A stretch of 64,000 bases of DNA, taken from assembly GCA_002269645.1 (NCBI GenBank), contig NIVC01001300.1:124001-188000 (forward strand), in the 5' to 3' direction. The stretch is from Macrostomum lignano. Its lineage: Eukaryota. Both the position numbers and the translations under genes were made by a program. Of this stretch, positions 1 to 13,598 are shown piece after piece (within the stretch, counting starts at the first letter, position 1; each line of letters starts with the position of its first letter). The notes under the pieces were generated by a model. It made no database searches. It worked only from the letters and a program-made list of their open reading frames with translations, and was not told the DNA's origin.

Positions 1-290
1 GGGGATGAGAGAAGAGAGAGAGGAGATGAGATGACAGGAGAGGGAATGAGATGAGAGAAGAGGGGATGAGAGAAGGGAGAGAGAGAGGAGGTGAGATGAG
101 AGGAGAGGGGATGAGAGAAGAGAGAGAGGAGTTGAGATGAGAGGAGAGGGGATGAGAGAAGAGAGAGAGGAGTTGAGATGAGAGGAGAGGGGATGAGATG
201 AGAGAAGAGGGGATGAGAGAAGAGGAGAGGAGAGGAAGGGAGAGGAGAGAAGGTGGGAGGAGAGGAGAGGAGAGAAGATAAGAGAGTCAA
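1..290. repeat. GA-rich low-complexity tract (pyrimidine-rich on the FMO sense strand, within FMO intron 2)
   Basis: Degenerate gggatgagagaagagagagaggag units from the window start to ~290. Confidence 0.9.
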
Positions 291-449
291 ATAAGTGAAG
301 ACATAAGAGATAGCAGACACGAAATGGGGGAGGGCAACGTGAAGAATGGGATAAATGCGACAGGGCAACAAGAGGCGCAGGCAAGTGAGATACTGCATGG
401 CAGATATTCGGAGCACTCAGAGCAAATTATTAAAACCCAGTGCGCTTAC

Positions 450-871
450 CCAAGTGCCTCTCTTGGTGGACCAGTAGACCACCCGAGCCCTGTGCGACAG
501 CTCCACCACAGCATCGCCAGCCGAGTTGCCCGCCCCAATCACCAGCACAGTCTTGTCCAAGAATTTCTCGGACAGCGGATCGCGACAAGAGTGCGAATGA
601 AGTACCTCGCCAGGGAAACTGTCAGCTCCCGGATACGCGGGCAGATTGGGGATGGCGTGATGCCCTGTGCAGACCCACACAGCATCGAAGGTCTCGCATT
701 GCTCTTCGTTAGGCTCGTTGCCAACACCGGCTGCTGGTCTGAAGGCGACCAGCCACTTGTCAGGGTCCGACGACGTCTTGCGGACCTGAGTTGGAGAGCA
801 GATTGCTGTGTGTTGAAGCACATTATTTCCTTAGTTAGTTAGTCAGTTAGTTAGTTAGTTAGTTAGTTAGC

Positions 872-907
<36 letters not shown>

Positions 908-914
908 AAGTCAA

Positions 915-947
<33 letters not shown>

Positions 948-954
948 AAGTCAA

Positions 955-1015
<61 letters not shown>

Positions 1016-1016
1016 G

Positions 1017-1055
<39 letters not shown>

Positions 1056-1070
1056 AAGTCAATTAGTCAA

Positions 1071-1103
<33 letters not shown>

Positions 1104-1272
1104 AAGTCAATTAGTCAATTAGTTAGTTAGTTAGTTAGTCAGTTAGTTAGCTAGTTAGTTAGTTAGTTAGTTAGTCAGTTAGTTAGTCAGTTAGTTAGTT
1201 AGTTAGTTAGTCAGTTAGTTAGTCAGTTAGTCAGTTAGTTAGTTAGTTAGTCAGTTAGTTAGTTAGTTAGTC

Positions 1273-1315
<43 letters not shown>

Positions 1316-1316
1316 C

Positions 1317-1379
<63 letters not shown>

Positions 1380-1380
1380 C

Positions 1381-1439
<59 letters not shown>

Positions 1440-1837
1440 CAGTTAGTTAGTTAGTAAGTCAATTAGTTAGTTAGTTGGTTAGTTAGTTGGTTAGTTAGTT
1501 AGTTACCCACCTTGACAATCTCTGTGCCAAACCGGATGCTACTCCGCAGGTTGAACCGCTCAGCATAGGCCTGTATATACTCAAACACCCGACTGTTGTG
1601 CAGGAAGTTTGAGTACTCAGCTGGCGGAGGGAAATCTGAGAAAGCCGACATCTCCTTGCTGGTGTTCATCATGGTGGTACGCATAACACAGGCCTTGCCG
1701 TCGACCAAATCTGTGTAGCGCCACAAACCTCCAAGATCGCTGGATCGTTCGAAGGCCATGGGTTCGAGACCCTCATCTAGGCAGGCCTTGACAGCAGCAA
1801 TGCCACTCACTCCAGCGCCAATTATGCAGATGCGCAT
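450..1837 (-). CDS. FMO: Flavin-containing monooxygenase (FMO family), 5' part; gene continues beyond the window's left edge
   Basis: Exon 1 1837-1511 (MRICIIGAGVSG FAD motif, GGLW, MNTSKEMSAFSDFP; donor AAG|GTGGGT). Exon 2 785-450 (acceptor ctcag|GTC; DAVWVCTGHH, FPGEVLHSHSC fingerprint, VIGAGNSA NADPH motif; donor TGG|GTAAGC). Both junctions phase 0 and in frame. Confidence 0.93.
831..1503. repeat. (TTAG)n microsatellite with TCAG variants filling FMO intron 1; reads (CTAA)n on the sense strand
   Basis: ~670 bp of near-continuous ttag units between the two FMO exons. Confidence 0.97.
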
Positions 1838-2689
1838 GGCTTATTTAACTATATAGCATGCATGGAATTTAATTCACAAACTCTATCAAGCTCTGTCGAT
1901 TTTTATCTAGTGTTAGTAGTATGATTATAAATAAATTTACTTTGGTTGATAAAACTTTTTGAAAATATTTCTTAAAACAATTTATCTAATTCTTGAATCA
2001 ATCGTATTTAACCTTTATATTTAATTAGATAAGTTAGGTTCTGACTTCTAAAGCAAGAATATATTAATAATACAGATATAAATATTGCTATCCTAACATA
2101 TTTGTCTAATATCAATCTAAGAAATCCAATGAACCTATTCTAATTAAAAATCTTAAGTAGAATAACTTGAATAGAATACTGTATTTACAATGATTAGTAA
2201 CATATATATATAGTAACATGTAGCGACTAACAAAACTTGCTACATATTGCACGTGGAGCAAGTGTATTTTGCAGAGCAGAAAAAAGGTGAAGCATAGAAT
2301 GCAGATACAGAGCCTTATAATAAGCCAGCACAATATGAGTCTTTGTCCCTCCCCCCAGCCACTAGACACGTAGATCTCATAGAGGTTGAACCAACCATGC
2401 CACATAGAAAGGTGGATGATGCATCCCAGCCAAAACAGTGCACTGGCTGCTGGGGGAAAGACTGTCTAGGGGTGGAGTGCACTCTCAGCCACAAACATTT
2501 TATTTATTATAGATTAATTTTCTATCACAGATGTAATTTTTATGAGATTTACTTTAATAAAAAAGACATTTTTGACATTTGTTTATTTCTTATATTTTAT
2601 GATGGTAATACTTATATTATATTTCTATAATAGTATTTACTAGCAATCTACGCCCCCCGTTGGGGAGCCAAAGAAATGCAATACACGTT

Positions 2690-3620
2690 TTTTTAATAAG
2701 CTACATGTATCCTTGAAATCCTAAAAAATCTTCTGTCAAACCTTGTAAGCCTTGACATGTCAGTTATCCCCCCCCCACAAGCTTTAACATATCAACTTCC
2801 CCCCTTGACATCTCAGCAATGCCCCCAATAAGCCTTGGAAATCTAAAAATATCTGTCAACCTTCTAACCCTAACCCTAGCCTAACCCTAACCCTAACCCT
2901 AACCCTAACCTAACCCTAAAGCATTGAAATTTCAGTAATTCTCTCTAAGAGTCATTATAGCACTACTACAGCATTATAGCGATTCCCTGCAAGCCTCAAC
3001 ATTGTAGGGATTCCCAAATGAATTTCTTAACTTCGACATGAAGCTTCTTTTATTTTTTACATTACGCTTTTTTATCAGCGATCCCTCCCCTGAGGAGGCA
3101 TCAAATAATGTAATAAAAAGTTTTCAATAAACTACATGTAGCTTCTGACTTTAGCCTTGAAATCTCATTTATACCCCCGTGAGCCTTGACATCTCAGCTA
3201 TTCCCCCCGTAAGCCTTGACATGTCAGCAATGGCCCCCATAAACCTTGAAATCTAAAAAATCCCCTGTTAACCTTGAAACCCGATAAAATATAACCCTCA
3301 ACCCACACCTGACCTAAACCTAACTTTAACCCAACCTAAAGCCTTGAAATCTCAGCAATTCTTCTCCCCTAAGCCTTGACATTTTAGTGATTCCTTCTTT
3401 AAGAATAACAGCACTATAACGATTTCCACCAAGCTTTGACATCGTAGCAATTCCCAAATGAATCTTTCAACTTCGACATGACTTTTCTTTTATGTATACA
3501 TAGTGCTACTTTTATTTTTTACATGACTCTTCTTCTATCAGCGCCCCCCCCCCCCGTGACATGAACTTTGAAGTAGCTTCTGACTTTTGCTTTGACATCT
3601 CAGAAACCCCCCCCGTAATC
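2690..3620. repeat. Diverged ~440-bp tandem duplication built from gccttgacatctcagcaattcccc-like subunits, containing (CCCTAA)n telomere-like tracts
   Basis: Paired blocks 2971-3050 and 3411-3490 (…attcccaaatgaat…aacttcgacatga…). CCCTAA run at 2864-2918 and a decayed counterpart at ~3290-3340. Related subunits recur at ~51090-51210. Confidence 0.7.
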
Positions 3621-3780
3621 TCAGTTATTCTCTGAGAGCCTTTACGTCTCAGTTTTTCTCCCCAGCACAGCATTATAATTGCATTTAATTTTTACATGAA
3701 CCCTTCATGTCTGACATGACATTTTTTTATTCTACCGTGACGCTTCTTAATTTTTTAAATGACACTTTCATTAGTTTTTA

Positions 3781-5778
3781 AATGAGGCTTCTATGATTTT
3801 TTCTTGACGCTTCTATGATTTTTACATGACGCTTCTATGATTTTTATATGACGCTTCTATGATTGTTTACATGACGCTTCTATGATTGTTTACATGACGC
3901 TTCTATGATTGTTTACATGACGCTTCTACGATTTTTTACATGACACTTCTATGATTGTTTACATGACGCTTCTATGATTTTTTACATGGCGCTTCTATGA
4001 TTGTTTACATGACGCTTCTATGATTGTTTACATGACGCTTCTATGATTGTTTACATGACGCTTCTACGATTTTTATATGACGCTTCTATGATTTTTTAAA
4101 TGGCGCTTCAATGATTTTTTAATGACGCTTCTATGATTGTTTACATGACGCTTCTATGATTTTTTACATGACGCTTCTATGATTGTTTACATGACGCTTC
4201 TATGATTGTTTACATGACGCTTCTATGATTGTTTACATGACGCTTCTATGATTGTTTACATGACGCTTCTATGATTGTTTACATGACGCTTCTATGATTG
4301 TTTACATGACGCTTCTATGATTGTTTACATGACGCTTCTATGATTGTTTACATGACGCTTCTATAATTGTTTACATGACGCTTCTATGATTGTTTACATG
4401 ACGCTTCTATGATTTTTTACATGACGCTTCTATGATTTTTTACATGACACTTCTATGATTGTTTACATGACGCTTCTATGATTTTTTACATGACTCTTCT
4501 ATGATTTTTTAAATGACGCTTCTATTATTTTTTAATGACGCTTTTATGATTTTTTAAATGACGCTTCTATTATTTTTTAATGACGCTTCTATGATTGTTT
4601 AAATGACGCTTCTATGATTGTTTACATGACGCTTCTATGATTGTTTACATGACGCTTCTATGATTGTTTACATGACGCTTCTATGATTGTTTACATGACG
4701 CTTCTATGATTGTTTACATGACGCTTCTATGATTGTTTACATGACGCTTCTATGATTGTTTACATGACGCTTCTATAATTGTTTACATGACGCTTCTATG
4801 ATTGTTTACATGACGCTTCTATGATTTTTTACATGACGCTTCTATGATTTTTTACATGACACTTCTATGATTGTTTACATGACGCTTCTATGATTTTTTA
4901 CATGACTCTTCTATGATTTTTTAAATGACGCTTCTATTATTTTTTAATGACGCTTCTATGATTGTTTAAATGACGCTTCTATGATTGTTTACATGACGCT
5001 TCTATGATTGTTTACATGACGCTTTTATGATTGTTTACATGACGCTTCTATGATTGTTTACATGACGCTTCTATGATTGTTTACATGACGCTTCTAAGAT
5101 TTTTTACATGACGCTTCTACGATTTTTTACATGACGCTTCTATGATTGTTTACATGACACTTCTATGATTTTTTGAATGACGCTTCTATGATTTTTATAT
5201 GACGCTTCTATGATTTTTTACATGACGCTTCTATGATTGTTTACATGACGCTTCTATGATTGTTTACATGACGCTTCTATGATTTTTTGAATGACGCTTC
5301 TATGATTTTTATATGACGCTTCTATGATTTTTTACATGACGCTTCTACGATTTTTATATGACGCTTCTATGATTTTTTAAATGACGCTTTTATAATTTTT
5401 TAAATGACGCTTCTATTATTTTTTAATGACGCTTCTATGATTGTTTAAATGACACTTCTATGATTGTTTACATGACGCTTCTATGATTTTTTACATGACG
5501 CTTCTATGATTGTTTACATGACGCTTCTATGATTTTTTAAATGACGCTTCTATGATTTTTATATGACGCTTCTATGATTTTTTACATGACGCTTCTATGA
5601 TTGTTTACATGACGCTTCTACGATATTTTAAATGACGCATCTATGATTTTTATATGACGCTTCTATGATTTTTTAAATGACGCTTCTATGATTGTTTAAA
5701 TGACGCTTCTATGATTTTTTTACATGACGCTTCTATGATTTTGTAAATGACGCTTCTATGATTTTTACATGACGCTTC
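3781..5778. repeat. 23-bp minisatellite (atgacgcttctatgattgtttac)n, ~2 kb
   Basis: Directly visible tandem array with variants in the T-run. Confidence 0.97.
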
Positions 5779-8511
5779 TTTTTAAAAAGTCTTTTAGTTT
5801 TCCTGACGTTGAAAAGCTTTAATAAAAAAAATTATACTCTATGAAAATTCGAACCATCGTCGCTGCATTTAGCAGTTCAGTCTGTTTACCTCTAGGCTAG
5901 CTCTCATCGTTTTGATAACATCAAAATTTGCACTTATATAATTCAACACTTGAAAATCCAAGCATAGAGTAAATCACACGAAGCAGTTATGACATAATCA
6001 GTTTCTCAGTCAGTCAGTATCAGTTAACAATATGGTTACGCAATTTAAATCAAGTCTGGTGCTACGCTTCCACACTGCATTTTCAATTCAAGTCGGAGTT
6101 ACAATTCAGTTATGATGCAATCTATTTCAGAGTCAGAATTCAACCAGTCAGTTTTTTCTCTAGCATTCTTACAATGCATTTCAAGTCGAAAAGTTTGCTT
6201 GACCTTTGCAAAAAAGCATGTTTTTCGAATATTTAATGCCTTTTAGCATCGAACAATTTCTTAGCCACGATGCATGTACAGTCACGGGAAAATTTCTGAT
6301 CGAACAGTGCAAGTTCGAACAAAATCGGTCCAGCCATTTTTTCTCTAATCGATCACATAGACACAGACAGACCATTTTTAGTATATAGGATATGCTTTTA
6401 TTATGATTCTAGTATTATGTTTCTTATATCTTTAAAACTATAAGTATATTGTCTATTATTTAATAAACATAGTTGTTTCCAAGTTCACAGTTTCTTCTGC
6501 CAGTTTCAACAAATTCCAACCAATTTTGTCACAAAGTCTATTTTAAACATTTCAAACCTGCTTGACATTTCAATTTTAATGATTAAAATTTCTATTACTT
6601 TGTTATAATTTGCTTCAGGTTTTGGTTTAAAAAAATTAAAATTTCCTGTTAACAAAGTTTACAATGCCATGTATAGTTAAAATTATTTACTTGAAACATA
6701 TGGCATATATATATATATATAATATATATATATATGTATAGCAGAATAGTACTGAGTCCGCTTCTTATTCCCATCATCACGATTCATGTCTTTCTATGGT
6801 CCTTTGGTGCATTCACTTGCAGAAAAGTATTACCAATACCATTATGCTTTCAATAAATGACTCATTCTTTCCACTCATTCTTTTTGCAAGAATTTCTGTC
6901 CATTTATCACCTTTTGTATTTTCTATTTAATTGCCATTAAGTCATTAGAAGTTAAAAGTTGCTAAAGTTAAAAGTTTTTCAGGCTTTCAAATAATATATT
7001 TTTATAATAATTGCCAAATATTGTGAGCAATACTTATACTTGATATTTTTCATTGACAGAATAATGCTTATAATTACCTATTTTAAACTGCATTTTGGAT
7101 GAACCGTTTTTTGCATCAAAGCCATACAGTACCTGTTTTTATAAATCCCTACTTAATTACCTGTCATTCAGTTGTTAGTCTGTATAGTTCGTCCATAAAA
7201 ACTGCAAAAAATCCTAAATACTCTTTCAAATACTATATTTAATACAAATTTGTTATTATCTGATAACAAACAGACTGCCAATAACGTAATAAGTAACTGC
7301 CAATGACGTAAAAATGCAATAATGCGGGTTAGCGCTAGGCCTAACTATAATTTATAAACTATTGTAACTAAATTATCTAATTTACTATGTCTATGCTTTA
7401 CAGTGAGAGAATCTGACAGAAACATAAGGTACAGTTACATTTTCATTCGATCTACTGTACTCTAGATTATAGAAAACTCATTCAATCGCAAGCACTAATC
7501 GTTTCAAGACTGCTCATCCTGTTGGACTTTGGGAGGCTGTTGGTGGTGATGGGTCTTTGACTTGGGTGGATTTCTAGAAAAATCAGTGCAAATCATTTTA
7601 GTGCTGATTTCAGTTATCAGATATTTTTGTCTGATCGATATCCGAATATCGATCTGAACATCGCTTGGAACATTCCTGCTTCAGATATCAGTATCAGTGC
7701 TTAGTACTTCTGAAACTCGACGGTGCCCATTGTAGGCCGTAGCGTACCGGCGTACCGTATAATTCCTTGAATATAATTATAATTCCTTGAAAACCACCTA
7801 CTTAAAATTGACGACACAATATTTCAGTTGATTATAACGCTGTAAAACGTTAGATTTAACGCCTTTACCTTGCAAGTTAAAAAAACAAGAAATTATAGTC
7901 CATCATATATTTAATAACGGTAAATCTCATGTAAGTATTCAATTACTGTACAAGATGTCAGTATACGCGACAATGCGTGTATCTCATGTATACATTTTTT
8001 CACAGATTATTAATTTACTCGTAATTAGCAGTGTCATCAAGAAAAAAACACAATCAAGAAAATATATAGCTGTCTTGTAAAATATGTCAGTACATCATCG
8101 ATATCAGATGATCAACAAAGAAGATGAAAAGTTTTAAACTTATTTGGCATCAGTTACATGTATTTGCTTATAGTTGCAACTAAGCGACTTTTGCAACTGC
8201 TAATAAAAGTAATAAAAATATAATTTCTGAGTTGCACTGGATTTCATCAAAAGGACATATGTACCTTTTCCGCGTCAATCGCAGTTACACTGTTATTGTT
8301 TCCAAACGGAGAAACGAAACTTTAAGGCACAAAGAATTATTTATACATGTAAACGCCATCATATAAAACTGCAGGCCTCTAATTAAGACTCCAAGACAGC
8401 TAAAAAAGTCAGCTATAGCTTAACGTTACATGAACAACTGCTTAATGCACACACAGATGTAATTACTTCAATTTTGGTTGACCTTGATGGGTCGCTTCAT
8501 ACATCTATACA

Positions 8512-9164
<653 letters not shown>

Positions 9165-9562
9165 GTGTAGAGGAAACGAAAACGAAGGTGAATACGAGTG
9201 ATTAGTTCAAGTCGGATAAAACCACCTGCTCATTGCTGCAGACAGAACTGTCTTCTAGGTCACTTACCTTTATGCTGATTTTAAGACGCTAATTATACAC
9301 ATTTAAGCGTAAATCATGCCCTAGCTATAACTGAACTTAATCTTGCAGCAAGTGCTAATTTAAAGAGCTAATTTCAAACGTACATGTAAGTACAAAGGTT
9401 CAAACGAGGTTAACAGCCTACGAGGTAAGACATTCTGTGGCTGGCAAAAAGGTACTTTTTACATTGGACCGATGAACGTTGACATTTATATGTCGGCCAA
9501 AATCGGTTTTGAATTAGGTGGCACAGACTCTATTAATAGTGGTGTACACAGGAATGTTAATT

Positions 9563-10725
9563 AGAGGGCGCCCCTGTCTCTTGATGGGCGCCCCTGTCTC
9601 TTGTTGGGCGCCCCTGTCTCCTGTTGGGCGCCCCTGTCTCCTGTTGGGCGCCCCTGTCTCCTATTGGGCGCTCTGTCTCTTGTTGGGCTCCCCTGTCTCT
9701 TGTTGAGCGCCCCTGTCTCTCGGTGAGCGCTCCTGTCTTTTGTTGGGCGCCCCTGTCTCTCGGTGGGCGCCCCTGTCTCTCGGTCGGCGCCCCTGTCTTT
9801 TGTTGGGCGCCCCTGTCTCTCGGTCGGCGCCCCTGTCTCCTGTTGGGCGCCCCTGTCTCATGTTGGGCTCCCCTGTCAATTTTTGGGCTACCCTGTCTCT
9901 TGTTGAGCGCCCCTGTCTCTCGGTGGGCGCCCCTGTTTCTTGTTGGGCTCCCCTGTCTCTTGTTGAGCGCCCCTGTCTCTCGGTGGGCGCTCCTGTCTTT
10001 TGTTGGGAGCCCCTGTCTCTCGGTGGGCGCCCCTGTCTCTTGTTGAGCGCCCCTGTCTCTCGGTGAGCGCTCCTGTCTTTTGTTGGGCGCCCCTGTCTCT
10101 CGGTGGGCGCCCCTGTCTCTCGGTCGGCGCCCCTGTCTTTTGTTGGGCGCCCCTGTCTCTCGGTGGGCGCCCCTGTCTCTCGGTCGGCGCCCCTGTCTTT
10201 TGTTGGGCGCCCCTGTCAATTTTTGGGCTACCCTGTCTCTTGTTGAGCGCCCCTGTCTCTCGGTGGGCGCCCCTGTTTCTTGTTGGGCTCCCCTGTCTCT
10301 TGTTGAGCGCCCCTGTCTCTCGGTGGGCGCCCCTGTTTCTTGTTGGGCTCCCCTGTCTCTTGTTGAGCGCCCCTGTCTCTCGGTGGGCGCCCCTGTTTCT
10401 TGTTGGGCGCCCCTGTCAATTTTTGGGCTACCCTGTCTCTTGTTGAGCGCCCCTGTCTCTCGGTGGGCGCCCCTGTTTCTTGTTGGGCTCCCCTGTCTCT
10501 TGTTGAGCGCCCCTGTCTCTCGGTGGGCGCCCCTGTTTCTTGTTGGGCTCCCCTGTATCTTGTTGAGCGCCCCTGTCTCTCGGTGGGCGCCCCTGTTTCT
10601 TGTTGGGCTCCCCTGTCTCTTGTTGAGCGCCGCTGTCTCTCGGTGGGCGCTCCTGTCTTTTGTTGGGCGCCGCGCCCCTGTCTCTCGGTGGGCGCCCCTG
10701 TCTCTCGGTCGGCGCCCCTGTCTCT
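9563..10725. repeat. 20-bp GC-rich minisatellite (gggcgcccctgtctcttgtt)n with higher-order variant patterns
   Basis: Tandem units directly visible; overlapping repetitive ORFs in several frames. Confidence 0.96.
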
Positions 10726-12150
10726 TGGTTGGCAATCCCTACCCCTTTCTCCTGGTGGATGCCACGTTCAAGAGGTAGCAAAAGTTAAACTCGTGGTATC
10801 CGACGAGCTTGTTGGTTGCCTCTTTGATTTACATTAGTTTTTGAGTAGCGCAACTTTTATCTGAACCAGGGGGCCTGTGACTCATTCATCTAACCTATTT
10901 CGTGCTGCTTAATTCTCTGAAATATTGTATTCAATTCTACCACCGAAACCTTTACTGATGATAAATATATAAGTATAAAAATTATCATCGTTTTAAAACA
11001 TCGTTTAAAAATTAGTCGAGGTAAGAAACTTGCGGCATTAAATAAAAAAAAAATCTTCCTGTTTTTTTCAGTCACGTTACCTAATTTCAGGCACGCTTCT
11101 GGATAAGTACAAGAGCGACTCGTGCTCAGAACTGCACCTGATGCCTCGAGATTACCGCGGGTTCATCAGTGAAGCTTTCTCATTTGGGAAGATTAATTTT
11201 CGTGCGTATTCTGTTCCCAAAGGCAATGCGATTTTTTTTAGCCTAAGCCTTAGCATGAACTTGCTAGATATTTCCACGCGGCCGAAGAGCCGATTGAGAG
11301 CGGGCACTGGACGCACTCTACCCATCACTGCTGCGCCACGCACTGAAGGTAGCTCAGTATCAAGCGTCTGCCAACTAACGCCGTCAGATGCTTGCTGAAC
11401 CACTGCCTCCGCGGTGCGCCCGTCTTTCTGGCCTTGGCCCTGCCTATACTAACCGTTAAGCAGTGCCAATTAAGCATGAACCGTTTCCTTTACCTTCGTT
11501 TGATGAATCTCATCATATAGGCAAAATCTGGAGACTACCGGTAGAAGTTGAACTCCATTCTCGATACATCTGCTTCACTTGTGACGGAAAGATATTTAGC
11601 TCATGAAGAATACAGGAAATTACTCAGAATAGATACGAGTAAACAAAGCCTTTAGGTCGCGTTGGCGTGATTCTTGGGTGTGAGGAAATCTCACGACAAC
11701 TGCGTGATAGGCTAATGCGAACTTTAAATTATGTATCGAACTAAAAAGCTTACTTATGTGCATTCATGGCTGGATCGCATGTTGAAAAGCATGGCCATCG
11801 AATTACATTGCTGACGTAGATGACCACGAAGCGGAGTGAAGCTGCGGGATCACGCAAAACTGGCTTCATAATTGAAGATAGAATAATAGACTTTAGCGTA
11901 GTCATTGTAAGCCTAATATGCAGGTTAAAAATCCCAAAATGAATATCTGTTGTCGACAGGGGTTTTTTGTGGCCAACATTTTTGGGAGTCCTTGGGGGAG
12001 CGGTGTCTTTGTAAGGGGGCGCCGGCAGCGGTGGCGCGAAGTACCATGCAGTAGTTTTAACGTTCAAAGGGTTTACCGTTGAGCAAAGATTTGATCCAAA
12101 TATCAATTATAGTGCATCGAACTCGTCAATTTAAAGCTGTAAATTTGAAG

Positions 12151-12806
12151 GCTTGCTATCTGGGGATGCTTACTATCTGGGGGTTGCTTGCTATCTGGGG
12201 GTTGCTTGTTATCAGGGGGGATGCTTGCTGTCTGGGGATGCTTACTGTCTGCGGGATGCTTGCTGTCTGGGGGGATGCTTGCTATCGGAGGATGCTTGCT
12301 ATCTGGGGGTTGCTTGTTATCAGGGGGATGCTTGCTGTCTGGGGGATGCTTGCTATCTGGGGATGCTTGCTGTCTGGGGGATGCTTGCTGTCTGGGGGAT
12401 GCTTGCTGTCTGGGGGATGCTTGCTGTCTGGGGGATGCTTGCTGTCTGGGGGATGCTTGCTGTCTGGGGGTTGCTTGTTATCAGGGGAGAAGCTTGCTGT
12501 CTGGGGGATGCTTGCTATCTGGGGGTTGCTTGTTATCAGGGGAGATGCTTGCTGTCTGGGGGTTGCTTGTTATCAGGGGAGATGCTTGCTGTCTGGGGGA
12601 TGCTTGCTATCTGGGGGTTGCTTGTTATCAGGGGAGATGCTTGCTGTCTGGGGGATGCTTGCTATCTGGGGGATGCTTGCTGTCTGGGGGATGCTTGCTG
12701 AGCGCTGCTTGCTATCTAGTGGATGCTTGCTATCGGGGGGATGCTTGCTATCGGGGGGTTGCTTGCTATTTAGGGATGCTTGCTGCTGATGCTTGCTATC
12801 GGGGGG
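12151..12806. repeat. ~18-19-bp minisatellite (gggggatgcttgctgtct)n
   Basis: Tandem units directly visible. Confidence 0.95.
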
Positions 12807-13598
12807 CACTAGATTGCTAGTTGATTACACTAAATCCGTTTTACCTCAGTTCCCAATGGCTGTGCTCTCTCATTGGCTACGAACGTCTGTGCAGCTGAGG
12901 GGTGGCTCGCATATGAGACTCAAGATGACAAATAGTCCACTGCAATTTCTGTGAGCTATTCTCTGTTCTCTACTGTCAGCTACCGATAGAAACAGCGCTC
13001 GAATATGGAAGTTTTCACCATTTCTGTTGACACTCAGGTAAATGAGACTTTATTTCATGTACGCCACTACTAAGATAATCAACCTAACTAATATGTATCA
13101 ATCAGTAATTTACTTGTCATTTCGAGGCCAATGCTCATATAGATGACACACATTGGATGATTACCAGTAGTATAAATTCAAGCCCAACCAACAGAACGTT
13201 CGATGGCAACGAAGCTTCTGATGTGTAAATTTGGAGGCTCAGTCCGGGGCAATATGTTAGAAAAAAAGCTGAGAGAGCGCCAAGGATTCATTGCATAAAA
13301 AGCGAAATAACTACAGCATACATGCATTCATTTTTTCATCGCCGAACGGAAGGACAGCATTTCGAGCCTTTTGTTCAGTAGAAAGTGCAAGTGTCGATTG
13401 AGTTTCCTCTCAGCGAAATGCGGAAATCACCCACGAGCTTACAAAAACGCCTGCAGGTCTCTTCCAATACACAGTTGATTCTTTGCCAGGCATTTTTCCC
13501 TTCCTTCAGTCGCAGCTGTTTAAATTCTCACGAATCTATTTTTTGCTTTGCCTCTTTCATGCTTGTACTTGCGCTTCCTCACTGACACACCCCGCGCG

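Noticed and set aside
3781-5778. Possible CRISPR array
   Set aside because: Head-to-tail units without unique spacers, eukaryotic context and no cas genes; the same applies to the other minisatellites.
9518-10837. Many overlapping ORFs up to 392 aa
   Set aside because: Stop-free frames of a 20-bp minisatellite, open on both strands with no domain signal.
12079-12820. Cys/Gly-rich ORFs resembling keratin-associated or metallothionein proteins
   Set aside because: Products of the 18-19-bp minisatellite in several frames.
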